From: Bdellovibrionota bacterium
GTDB lineage: Bacteria; Bdellovibrionota; UBA1018; CAIPTA01; JAALKR01
Direction: 5' to 3'
NCBI GenBank assembly: GCA_965207455.1
Contig: CBDBMJ010000003.1
Coordinates: 256,001-320,000, forward strand
DNA: 64,000 nucleotides
Shown here: positions 40,901-50,700 of the stretch, one piece after another
Numbering within the stretch: position 1 is the stretch's first letter
How the letters are laid out: every line of letters begins with the position of its first letter
Notes under the pieces: generated by a model
The model's input: the letters and a program-made list of their open reading frames with translations, nothing else
Told to the model about the DNA's origin: nothing
Databases searched by the model: none
Program-made: the position numbers and the translations under genes

Positions 40901-41405
40901 GTATATTGAACTTTTAAACGACGAAATTAGCTCTCTCAAGGGAGAGGAAAAGGAGTCCAAAGAAAACATTGAGATCAACTCATCTTTTCCTGCTTATTTT
41001 CCTGAAGAATACATCTCAAGCCCATCTTTACGACTCTCCACTTATAAACAACTCTCCAGCCTGAACCGATTAGAGGAAATAGAAGAAGGTAAGAAAGAAC
41101 TGGAAGATCGCTACGGAACTCTTCCCCAAACGGCACTGGGCTTGCTATGGTTATTAAAAACAAAAATAATATTGCAAAACGCTGGATTTCAAGGTCTGAA
41201 TATCGGCAAAGAGGTACTTACACTGAAAGCAGGTAAAGAACCCAAGATAGATACCCATAAGCTATTAGATCTCATCGCAAGGAGGCCCAAGGAGTTTAAT
41301 CTACAGTCCGAATCTAAATTGATCATTCGAAAAAAGACAGAAGATTTGGAATCTGGCTTCAACACAGTGCAGCACCTCTTGCATACCATCGCCATAAACC
41401 CTTGA
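37902..41405 (+). CDS. mfd: Transcription-repair coupling factor Mfd
   Basis: UvrB-like N-terminus, VHIEHGIG, MDRLICGDVGYGKTEVA, DEEQRFG, QIRGRVGRS, TRCF C-terminus. Confidence 0.98.
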   Translation: MDFFLPSFTNSHQWIKSKQTIIISGLYGSSQALVLAQLLAKEKRNYLIVCDKSSTAHTLVQELHTCLTFFPNTVQVLLFPSWEISPYSKLAPNPTNRLQRLRCLNALHSSSKKSVAVIAPIQAITQPTLSPTSYKKRIIPLQPGSVYEIPSLEEKLQALGYTQADLVEDPGTYAIRGGIMDIYSCVEPYPIRLDFMDNEIESIRLFNPISQRSQEKSFLNIAHIGPTREIELFPEEVETARSKIRAWCDQNHISRANRERLNNQLKENIITPEMDFLIPFFSKTPGYLWEYFSSDSLWTWVSADDVRVRLLERQEKLKLEYEMALTEQSIIAPNEEISLDYASLVEASKKFQNLRLEPLDIRSKEEAQRIHLKITPNNKVRGITKRNKTESADFDKVTEYIEELLELNYSIFFMANSKSQLDRLSFLLAQKGIPNKQLSPKEMPQKKMLTMVLGTLESGFQMDVDRVVCLTEDEIFGAKKHSEKQRTRPKDFFSKHLAKTSLDNLFKDDFLVHIEHGIGKYKGLIKLITSGIPGDYVHIEYAGKDRLYLPIYRLEQIQKYIGPADSRPPVNKLGSQHFVKAKSKAKAAVKDIAASLLKLYAQRASVSGYAFPEPDDEYKKFEACFPYDETPDQLQAIEETIKDMCTPKPMDRLICGDVGYGKTEVAMRAAFLAAYSGKQVVILVPTTILAEQHLYNFKIRFQSIPFVIESLSRFKKQKEQKVILEQLKNKKIDIIIGTHRLLSKDVAFKDLGLLVIDEEQRFGVENKERLKKFRLSADVLTLTATPIPRTLHLSLVGMRDISIIHTPPAERQSIRTYLAEFDKEIIKKAIIFELSRGGQVFFIHNRIQSMPIILNALKEILPKIKIAVANGTLPETQLEKIMTGFYKKEFDVLLSTAIVENGLDIPNANTIIVNRADAFGLSQLYQIRGRVGRSKNRAYAYLLTPKDITPSARNRLQTLQQHTALGSSFSISSRDLELRGSGDIVGGAQSGHVTSIGYDMYIELLNDEISSLKGEEKESKENIEINSSFPAYFPEEYISSPSLRLSTYKQLSSLNRLEEIEEGKKELEDRYGTLPQTALGLLWLLKTKIILQNAGFQGLNIGKEVLTLKAGKEPKIDTHKLLDLIARRPKEFNLQSESKLIIRKKTEDLESGFNTVQHLLHTIAINP

Positions 41406-41473
41406 CCTCAACACATTATCCAGCGACAATTAAATCAGTAGAAAACGCTATTTATTGCAAGCTAGGAGGACTC

Positions 41474-42304
41474 ATGAACTATTCACTTATTATACTATTT
41501 ATTTCCACACTCGCCATTCTCTCTCCTGTACAAGTCCAGGCAAGGATGAGTCGAAACACAGTGGCCATTATCGATGGTGCTCCCCTAAGTAAAAAGGAAT
41601 TTGATCGTCGGTATCTTGAAAATATTAAAAATTTCAAATTCGTCACACCAACGAAATCCGTTATTTTAAACGACATTGTAAATTTCGAGCTAGGCCTAAA
41701 GGAAGCCAAACGACTGGGGCTCCATAAAAGAGCTTCTGTGCAAGAGAGAATGAATTATGTGTTATACGAGTCTTTAATCAAAGAAGTGCTGGGCAAGCGA
41801 ATCAATAATATTCAAGTCTCAGACAAGGAAGTGCTCTCCTTTTGTAAAAGATTTCCAGAACTGCGCACCAGCCACATCTATATTCCCCTGACAATAACCC
41901 CTTTAAGTGTAGAAAAAAGGGAAGCCCGAAAAAAAGCCTCCCAAGCCTTACGCAATATCAAAAGCGGCATGTCTTTTAAAGACGCTGTTTCCAAATACTC
42001 CACTGGATACGCGGTTCCCGTTGGCGGAGATATCGGCTACCAAATGAAGGACAGACTGGATCCGGCTTATTATGCTGCCGCTCGAAAACTGAAGGTGGGA
42101 CAATACACGAAAAAAGCAATACGAAGCCAATTTGGTCTCCATATCATAAAACTAATAGAGAAAAAGCCTTGTAAAAGGGTAAATATGGCCGAGTGGAAGC
42201 GCATGATTTATGACGAAAAACGCTCTAAAATTCAGAGACGCTACCTAGCTAAGCTACGATCCAAGGCTAAGGTAGAAATAAATCATCAATTAGTGAAAAA
42301 ATAG
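41474..42304 (+). CDS. Parvulin-type peptidyl-prolyl isomerase, exported
   Basis: RBS aggagga, ATG 41474; signal peptide; RTSHI, GGDIG, SQFGLHIIK. Confidence 0.88.
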   Translation: MNYSLIILFISTLAILSPVQVQARMSRNTVAIIDGAPLSKKEFDRRYLENIKNFKFVTPTKSVILNDIVNFELGLKEAKRLGLHKRASVQERMNYVLYESLIKEVLGKRINNIQVSDKEVLSFCKRFPELRTSHIYIPLTITPLSVEKREARKKASQALRNIKSGMSFKDAVSKYSTGYAVPVGGDIGYQMKDRLDPAYYAAARKLKVGQYTKKAIRSQFGLHIIKLIEKKPCKRVNMAEWKRMIYDEKRSKIQRRYLAKLRSKAKVEINHQLVKK

Positions 42305-42333
42305 ATGACTTTTCCCTCCATAAAACATAATTT

Positions 42334-43287
42334 ATGGGGGCAATGAAAATACAAAAAACATGCCTCCTGGTTGCCCTTTGCTGTACCTTTTTCTCCACAC
42401 AGCTAAAAACAACTGCTCAAGCTAAAGTCATAGATCGCACCGCAGCCACTGTGGGGAATACCATCATCACCCTGTCCGATATTAATCGTTTTAAAAGAAA
42501 TCTAAAATCTCGCAAGAATTTGGACCCTTTCTTCTCACTTGGCATAACTCCAGGTAGTAGCAAACAAACTATTAAGTTTCTTATTCAAGAAGTTCTTATT
42601 ACAAAAAAATTTCCAGCCTCAGACAATGAAATAAAAGCAAGCATCAACGATATTCTTCAAAAAAATAATATCAACCGTACTACCTTGAAAAAATTTCTTA
42701 AGAAACAGGGTATTCGCTATGCAGATTATCGTCGGCTCGTAGGCGTAAACATCTCCAAGCGAAATTTCATCGAAAAAGAAATCAAACCACAAGCAAGGGT
42801 AACAGAGGATGAAGTAAGAAATTATTATTATACGGAACCCAAGTATGCAAAACATAGAAAGAAGCGCACTCTCCTGTTAAGCTATAAAATTTCCCAATTA
42901 AAAATCCCCAATAAGCGGTTAGTGAGAAAAGTGACTGCCAGACTCAAACGAGGCCAGAGCTTTCGTTCTGTGGCCACTGCTCTCAAAAACAAAGGCGTGG
43001 AGTTCGTCTCCTTAGGAACTCTGCGAGAGGACACATTATCAAAAACTATAAAGAAAGCCCTGCTTGGGCTACGAGTGGGAGAATCAACAAGGCCCATATC
43101 CATGGGTATTCGAGGTGCACGACAAATCCTGAAAATTGATAAGATCAATGCTCCCACAGATCCCGTGTTCGAGAGGTTAAAGAACCAAATTTATAAATTA
43201 TTTTACCAAAAAGCTATTGTAAGGCAGATTAAATCATGGACGGAGGTTGAAATGAGTCAAGCCTTTGTATATATTCCCAGACGCTAG
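42334..43287 (+). CDS. SurA N-terminal-domain chaperone-like protein
   Basis: Signal peptide; VIDRTAATVGNTIITLSDI; degenerate rotamase region. Confidence 0.78.
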   Translation: MGAMKIQKTCLLVALCCTFFSTQLKTTAQAKVIDRTAATVGNTIITLSDINRFKRNLKSRKNLDPFFSLGITPGSSKQTIKFLIQEVLITKKFPASDNEIKASINDILQKNNINRTTLKKFLKKQGIRYADYRRLVGVNISKRNFIEKEIKPQARVTEDEVRNYYYTEPKYAKHRKKRTLLLSYKISQLKIPNKRLVRKVTARLKRGQSFRSVATALKNKGVEFVSLGTLREDTLSKTIKKALLGLRVGESTRPISMGIRGARQILKIDKINAPTDPVFERLKNQIYKLFYQKAIVRQIKSWTEVEMSQAFVYIPRR

Positions 43288-43365
43288 CTTCCCGTACTCT
43301 ATACTCCATGAAAATTCAATATTTTAATACTATGGGTGCACCTCTTCGTGTTAAATTAAGATTAG

Positions 43366-46356
43366 ATGGGAGCGGGAAAAAAATATAAGATTAGACTAAA
43401 GTCTGGAAAAATTCTCCGGCACCTTAGCGAAAGTAAAATAAAACTCCTTTTATCCAAGAATGAACTTTTAGGCTCTGAGCCAACTTGCTTAGAGTCAGGA
43501 GGAGAATGGGCTCCTTTCTCTTCCTTTCTTAACCTGGCAGACCTTGCTCTAAACGTACTGGACCAAGGCACAAAAACCACAGAAGATGTCATAAACCAAG
43601 GAGAAGCACAAAAAACAAAAAGTCTTGTTAAAGATCCACTTAAGCAAAAGCCTGATCAAAAGCCCGATCAAAAACGATCCACTCCAAAGGAAAGTATAGA
43701 AAAAGGAAAGCAAGAATTTATAGAAAAAGATATCTTTAAAGACGTACCTACGTTAGTAGATATAGTTCGTCCCTCTGATCCAGACTTAGAGGTAACAAAA
43801 ATCACAACCGCCAATGCCTCAGGCACAACAGCAGATTTCTTAGACAGCCGAACAAAAATAATGACGACCAATCAAAACCTGCCTCTATATCAATCAAAAG
43901 GTCAAAGAAAACCTGTTGCTGAAGCTATTGGTTTAACGGCAAAGAGGATGATATCTAAAACTACTTTCCTAGTACTTGCAGTCTCCCTCATGATAATTCT
44001 TTTGCTTGACGAAGGAGAGGAAAAAACTTTTTTAGAGGAATTAGAACCCAAAATATATTCATTTAAAGAAATTCCAATAAACACCCTCCCAAAAGTAAAA
44101 AAAATAAACAAGGCAATGAGTGGGAACTATCTGGAGAAAGGTATTATTCACTATGATAAGGAAACTCCCAGAAATTATATAAAGGCAGCCGTACTCCTAT
44201 CAAAAGCAGTAAACTTAAACCCAAAAAATATTATAGCTCGATCTTTACTTGCCAGAACCTATATTCAACTTCTTGAGATTCTACCAAGGAACGAAAAATT
44301 ACATACCAGCCTAGTAAACCTATTGGGGATGAAGCGAAAAACTCCATTGCCACGAATACCAGAATACCTCGCTGCCAAAGCAGAATTTCTCAGCATACTA
44401 AATCGAACCGATGAAGCCATAGAAGTAATAGAACCCACTGTAAAAAGATCCCCTAACCCGGAACTCCTATATGTACTCGCCAAACTATATAAGAAAAAAG
44501 GAGAAAAGAACCGAGCCATAAGCCTTATAACCAGAGCTATTAGATTAACACCCGAAGGAGAAAAAAGAGCAAGTTATGGCTTATTATACGCACAACTACT
44601 ATCCGGAAAAAACAGACTGCAATCTGCTATCAGGATTTTAAAAAACAATATAAAGAAAAATAATGAACACGGAGATTCCATATATGAGTTAGCTAAAACT
44701 TATTATAGGATTGGAAAAACAAGTGCTTCCTTAAAAGCTCTTTCCTTTATTATCAAAAATCCTCAATTTGTAGACGAACTAAAGTTAGCAAAAACATTTC
44801 TTCTGGCTGCAACAATACTAAGAGGGGAAAAAAAATATAAAAAATCCATGCAATTTGCTCTCGCCTCCAAGCATTTGCTTCCAGAAAATCAAGATGCCGA
44901 GGATATTATATTTGATATTCTTGCAAGGCGCTCCGGTTCTAAAAAACTATATAAATACATGAAATCTGCTAAAGAGAAAGAAAAGGCAAAAGAGTATCAA
45001 GAGGCTCTCAACCTATATACCCGAGCAAGGGAAATGCAATCTAGTAATCCTACTCCTTTATACTATCTGACAAAAATGTATGAAAAAACAGGTCGACGGA
45101 GCCAAGCCATAGAGTTTTATAAAAAATTAATCAAACTCCCTAAAAAAAAGAAAGAAGCTTTTTTTGACCTAGCTAAATTATATATAAATATTTTTGAATT
45201 AAACAAGGCAAAATCTTTGATGAGAGCTGTCCGGCATATACCGAGAACTGAACAAAGAGCTGCATACACACTCGGGAAAATAGCTCTACGGCGAAAGAGA
45301 ATACAAAAAGCGAGAAGCTTTTTCATACGAACATTGAATCTCAATAGCAGAATTCCTGAGCTGTATGTGGAAATGGGAAATCTTGAGTTGAAGAAAAAGT
45401 CTTATGGACTAGCTGAGTTTTATTACTCCATTGCTGTTCGTTACAGCTCCTTCCATCCAGAGGCAACTCTGGGTTTAGCTCTCAGCAGATTTTATCTGAG
45501 CTCTCCCACAGATGCTATACAGTTCTTGAAAAACAAACTATATACCAATCCTGACTCGCCAGAAATTTTAACAAATTTAGCAATTATTTATCTAAAATCT
45601 GGTGATAAGGTATCAGGAAAAATGTTCCTGCATCAAGCAATTAAAAATAGTCCCAGTTATGGTCGAGCTTATCGGCTCATGGGAGATTTTGTAAAAGAGG
45701 AGGGCGATGAAAGCTCAAACTTCGACAAAAAACAAAAAAGCTACCGCTTCGCCATGGCCAGTTACGAGGCCTACGTAAAACTAAACCCAAGAGAACCTGA
45801 TGGATTTATGGCCATCGCAGAACTATATTTCTTCATCCGTGATCTGGGAACTGCTGCAAAAAATTATCATAAGGTATTAGATATTGCTCCCAATTATCCA
45901 AATGTGCGAATACAGCTCGCGAAAATCGCCTTAAATGGAGGGAATACAAAAAAATCACTTAAATTCACAAAAGAAGAAATAAAACGAAATCCTAATAATT
46001 GGAGAGCCTACTTGGAACTTGGCAAAATTCATATAGTGAAAAAAGAATATCACCTTGCTCTAAAAAAACTTACGGTAGCTTTAAAGATAAAACCGAAAGA
46101 ACCGGAAATTATTATTTATCTTGGATATATTAACTACCTAGATAATAATTTTCCTATAGCTATTGCTTTGTTTGAGCGAGCTCGTACCATAGATCCAACC
46201 AGAGCGGACATTTACTGGAAGCTGGGGCTAGCTTATGAAAGAAATAAGAATCTTACAAAGGCAAGAACAGCTTATAAAAACTATCGTGGGTTAGCCAGTA
46301 CAGAAGAAGACGCCCAGCGAGCCGAGGCGAAGCTCAGGAGAATTGGTGGCAATTAA
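43366..46356 (+). CDS. Bitopic membrane protein with GYF-like N-domain and long TPR array
   Basis: N-terminal KYKIRLKSGK...GGEW domain, single TM near aa 200, many TPR units. Confidence 0.75.
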   Translation: MGAGKKYKIRLKSGKILRHLSESKIKLLLSKNELLGSEPTCLESGGEWAPFSSFLNLADLALNVLDQGTKTTEDVINQGEAQKTKSLVKDPLKQKPDQKPDQKRSTPKESIEKGKQEFIEKDIFKDVPTLVDIVRPSDPDLEVTKITTANASGTTADFLDSRTKIMTTNQNLPLYQSKGQRKPVAEAIGLTAKRMISKTTFLVLAVSLMIILLLDEGEEKTFLEELEPKIYSFKEIPINTLPKVKKINKAMSGNYLEKGIIHYDKETPRNYIKAAVLLSKAVNLNPKNIIARSLLARTYIQLLEILPRNEKLHTSLVNLLGMKRKTPLPRIPEYLAAKAEFLSILNRTDEAIEVIEPTVKRSPNPELLYVLAKLYKKKGEKNRAISLITRAIRLTPEGEKRASYGLLYAQLLSGKNRLQSAIRILKNNIKKNNEHGDSIYELAKTYYRIGKTSASLKALSFIIKNPQFVDELKLAKTFLLAATILRGEKKYKKSMQFALASKHLLPENQDAEDIIFDILARRSGSKKLYKYMKSAKEKEKAKEYQEALNLYTRAREMQSSNPTPLYYLTKMYEKTGRRSQAIEFYKKLIKLPKKKKEAFFDLAKLYINIFELNKAKSLMRAVRHIPRTEQRAAYTLGKIALRRKRIQKARSFFIRTLNLNSRIPELYVEMGNLELKKKSYGLAEFYYSIAVRYSSFHPEATLGLALSRFYLSSPTDAIQFLKNKLYTNPDSPEILTNLAIIYLKSGDKVSGKMFLHQAIKNSPSYGRAYRLMGDFVKEEGDESSNFDKKQKSYRFAMASYEAYVKLNPREPDGFMAIAELYFFIRDLGTAAKNYHKVLDIAPNYPNVRIQLAKIALNGGNTKKSLKFTKEEIKRNPNNWRAYLELGKIHIVKKEYHLALKKLTVALKIKPKEPEIIIYLGYINYLDNNFPIAIALFERARTIDPTRADIYWKLGLAYERNKNLTKARTAYKNYRGLASTEEDAQRAEAKLRRIGGN

Positions 46357-46368
46357 GCCGGGGTGCAT

Positions 46369-47643
46369 ATGCTAGATCTACGATGGATTATAGATAATGA
46401 AGATTTTGTAAAAAAGTGTCTAACTATGCGAAACCATAATTCAAAAGTAATAGACCTTGTTGTCGAAAAAGATAGGGAACGCAGAGTTTTTATTATCGAA
46501 AAAGAAACTCTGTCTGCTAGAAGAAATTCCATTGCAAAAGAGATAGCAACAAAGAAAAAAAATAAAGAAAACTCAGAATCTCTCTCAAAAGAATCTAAAG
46601 AGAATAAGGAAAAAATTTCCAGCATAGAGAGCCAACTGGAAATAGTAGAAAATATTATTTATGACCACCTATTAAGAATACCCAATATTTTAGACAAATC
46701 CGTGCCCTTGGGCAAAGATGAATCGGACAATGTGGAAATAAGTCAAAATGGAATACCTAAAAAATTTCAGTTTGAGGCAAAAAGTCACCATGAACTGGGG
46801 GAAAATCTTGGCATTATAGATTTTAAGCGTTCTAGTCGAATCGTTGGATCCAGGTTTTCCACGCTCATAGGCAAGGGTGCACGTTTAAACCGTGCTATCC
46901 GGGAGTTTATGCTGGACTTGCAAACTACAACACATGGCTATACTGAGATGCTTCCGCCGTTCATTGCTAATTCAAGCTCTCTTGTGGGAACAAGTCAATT
47001 GCCTAAATTTCATGAAGATCAGTTCAAGCTAGAGGATACGGATTACTATCTTATTCCAACGGGCGAAGTGCCTGTAACGAACTTCCACCGGGAAGAAATA
47101 CTACCAGAAACAGATCTTCCTATTCGATATGTGGCCTATACACCCTGCTTCCGTAAAGAGGCAGGCAGTTACGGTAAGGACACTCGAGGTATGATGCGAC
47201 AACACCAATTTGAAAAAGTAGAGCTAGTTATGTTTAGTCACCCAAGCACGTCGGAAGAAATGCACGAGATGCTAGTGGGGCATGCGGAAGAAGTTCTTAT
47301 CCAACTGGAGCTTCCCTACAGAAAGGTTCGTATCTGCTCTGGCGATATCGGATTTGGTGGAGCAAAACAATACGACCTGGAAGTCTGGCTACCAGAACAA
47401 AAACAATATAGAGAAATATCTTCCTGCTCCAATTTTTTTGATTACCAAGCTAGGCGAGCAAAGATACGTTTTCGACCACAGGAGGGGGGCAAACCAAAAT
47501 TTGTTCACACTTTAAATGGTTCAGGTGGTGCCATAGGAAGAACCTTTCTAGCTATTTTAGAAAACTACCAGCAGGAGGACGGAAGCATACTAGTTCCCAA
47601 AATTCTGCAAAAATATACGAACTTTAGCTCAATTGATAGATAG
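46369..47643 (+). CDS. serS: Serine--tRNA ligase
   Basis: MLDL start, YLIPTGEVP, CFRKEAG, RQHQFEKVE, EISSCSN, HTLNGSG. Confidence 0.98.
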   Translation: MLDLRWIIDNEDFVKKCLTMRNHNSKVIDLVVEKDRERRVFIIEKETLSARRNSIAKEIATKKKNKENSESLSKESKENKEKISSIESQLEIVENIIYDHLLRIPNILDKSVPLGKDESDNVEISQNGIPKKFQFEAKSHHELGENLGIIDFKRSSRIVGSRFSTLIGKGARLNRAIREFMLDLQTTTHGYTEMLPPFIANSSSLVGTSQLPKFHEDQFKLEDTDYYLIPTGEVPVTNFHREEILPETDLPIRYVAYTPCFRKEAGSYGKDTRGMMRQHQFEKVELVMFSHPSTSEEMHEMLVGHAEEVLIQLELPYRKVRICSGDIGFGGAKQYDLEVWLPEQKQYREISSCSNFFDYQARRAKIRFRPQEGGKPKFVHTLNGSGGAIGRTFLAILENYQQEDGSILVPKILQKYTNFSSIDR

Positions 47644-47773
47644 GGGACTTTCCTTATTATTAATTAACTACATATGACGCGGCTTATCAAGACTAAATTA
47701 TAACCGTCTTACTCGGTATTTTTTTGTTAAAAAAAATTAAAAAATAGCTTTTATTTGAGCGCAGTGCGGTGTA

Positions 47774-47787
47774 ACATTGCGCAATGT
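47774..47787. promoter_or_regulatory. Perfect 14-bp palindrome upstream of the large lipoprotein gene (operator candidate)
   Basis: acattgcgcaatgt; related half-site gcgcagtg just upstream. Confidence 0.35.
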
Positions 47788-50700
47788 ATTATTCAGATGA
47801 GCATAGGCGAATGAAAATAAATCCGACAAAATTAATTCTTTATAGTGCTCTACTGTCCTTATTGTCCCTCACCTCCTGTAAAAGCGACACCCCCGACCCC
47901 CCTCTAAAACTTATGACACAAAATCTGTATTTAGGGGCAAGCCTGCATCCCCTATTAAGCGACCCAGCCGGCCCAGCCGACCCAACAGCAGTAGCAAAGA
48001 TACTAAAAGCAATGGAGAAAACAAATTTTCCAGCAAGAGCACGGGCACTTGCAAAGATAATCCATAGCACTCGCCCAAATGTATTGGCTCTTCAGGAAGT
48101 CAGTCACCTTCGTATTGTAGATGCTGCTGGCAAAACCACAATGAATGTGGATTTCCTCAGTATTTTACTTAATGAACTTAAAAACCTTGGCATGGAATAT
48201 ACAGTTGCAGCCAATGCCTTAGGCCCCGACATTATGGTTCCTCTATTTATAAGTGGTGCCTTTACTGCTTCAGTTCATTACAAAGGCTACAATACTATTT
48301 TGATTGATTCTAGTCTAACGGCAAGCGGAAGCAAAATAAAGAACTACGACAAACAACAGAGCACTCCCATTGGATTAACATTTACTAGAAACTACGTGAA
48401 AGTTACTCTATCAAAAATTCCAAACCCATGGGAGTTGGAAGAGATAAATGATATTGTTATTGTAAACACACATTTAGAGGCTGGATCCAAAGAAGTACAA
48501 GAAGCACAAGCTAGTGAACTTGTGAATATGCTTGGTACTATTGATGAGCCTATCTTTCTTCTAGGAGATATCAATAGCGCCGCAAACAATGTAGTAAAGA
48601 AAAATCAAACAAACAGTTACCCTCTTTTGATCAGTTCTTCTTTTAAAGACCCATACCTCGAACTTAACCCCACTGCCCCCCCTATTAGCACTTGTTGTTA
48701 TGACGAGCATTTATCTTCCAACAAATTTGTGGGAGAAGGACGCATTGACCACATTCTATATAAAAACAATTCTTTTTCACAAGCAAGACCTACTCGTTTT
48801 TCCCTAACTGGAAACAAACTGGGAGACAAGACAATAGTCAGCGATGAAGCGAAAGAACTCAGCCTGTGGCCATCGGATCATCTCGGCGTTGTGGTTGAAT
48901 TTACGAACGTTTTTTCAACTCTTATACAAGAAAAAACAGACCTCAGTCCACCCCCTCCTCCACCATCAGCGCCTAATACCGATCCAGAACCAACTACCAG
49001 TCCAGAGCCGATGATCGATACACCTCCAACCATACAAGTTCCTAAATTAGAGTTAACCACCACAGTAACGACAGATTCCCTTCCCCATTTTCGTACAACA
49101 ACAAGCCGTAATAATCCAGGAACAGTTTTTCTTTATACATCAGAAGACTGTACGGGCAATATCGCTTCTAAAAAATTTTTTATAGGCGATGCGGGAACAG
49201 TTGTCTCTTTCACATCCTTCGTATACAACCCAGGCACATACGATTTTTCAGCAAGAATTTGGCGAGGATTTGAAGAAGACCCCTACACACCTTGTTCCAA
49301 CAGTGTTCGCTATACCTATGACCCACCTCCTGTACCCTTGAATGCTCCAAAATTAACTGGATTTGACCTTAGCAGCACACCATCACAGTACCCTAGTCCT
49401 AGATTTCTTGTAACCACAACAAATGACAGGAAAGGTGAGGCTCTTCTGTATCAGTCAGAGGATTGTACAGGTGAGAGCATTTCCAGTAAAACTTTTGACG
49501 GGCCTAAGAATACATTTCTAACGTTCACATCGTTAATCCTTGAACCGGGTATATATAATTTTTCAACGGAAGTTCAGCGAGGTAGTGCAAAAACACCTTG
49601 CTCCAACAGTGTTCATTACCTCTACCATTCCATTACTGCCCCTAAATTAATACTAGCCCCCGGCTCTTCATCATCGAAAACCATACCCAGATTTCTTATG
49701 ACAACAACAAATGATGGTAAAGGTGAAGCTCTTCTTTATCAGTCAGAGGATTGTACGGGTGAGAGCATTTCTCAATCCTTCACAGGTGATGCAGGCACTG
49801 TGGTAACTCTTCAATCCCTTGCACTGGATCCAGGGACTCATACTTTTTCAGTGCAAGTACAACGAAGCAGCGATCAAACACCCTGTTCTAATAATGCTAA
49901 TTACAGCTACTCCCCTTTAAATGCTCCATTACTTGCACTGGATGCCGACCCAATATCATTGAACCCCAATCCTAGCTTTCAGGTAACCACAACAAATGAT
50001 GGAGAAGGAAGAGCCTTCCTTTACAAATCAGAAAATTGCACAGGTGAGAGCATTTCTAATAAAGTTTTCACTGACAATAGTGGTACCATTGTCACTCTTA
50101 TATCTCCGGCGCTTGAGTACGGAGAACATATTTTTTCAGTACAAGTCCAGCGAGGTGATGACAAAACACCCTGTTCTAATAATGTTAATTACATGCGCCC
50201 ACTCCTAAATGCCCCCACATTGTCATTACTTTACAACGGGAATCCATCGGATTCTCCAATAGATAGTACTTTTAACTTTCTTGTGACCACAACAAATGAT
50301 GGTAGAGGCGAAGCCTTTCTTTATCAGTCAGCAAATTGTAGTGGTAAGAGCATCCACTCCTTCACAACTAATAGTGAAACAGATATAAACTTCAAAATTC
50401 CAGAACCCGATCCAGGACGCCATACTTTTTCAATGCGAATCCAGCAAGATGGTAATTGGACATCTTGTTCTAATAATGTCAGCCAGTACGTCAACGGCGA
50501 TATAAACACTCCAGATTTGTATCTTCATCTTGGATACAGAAAATCTTCATATAGCCTAAATTATCCTTTATTTCTTATTCAATTAAATAATATCTCCAAT
50601 GGAAATATCTTTCTTTATAAATCAGAAAACTGTGAAGGTGAGATTGTCGCAACAAGAACCATTATCCCTGGTTTCGATAGTACAATGAATATTAAATCTC

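Noticed and set aside
43644..43673. QKPDQKPDQK 12-bp micro-repeat in the TPR gene
   Set aside because: Short in-frame linker duplication with no sign of phase variation
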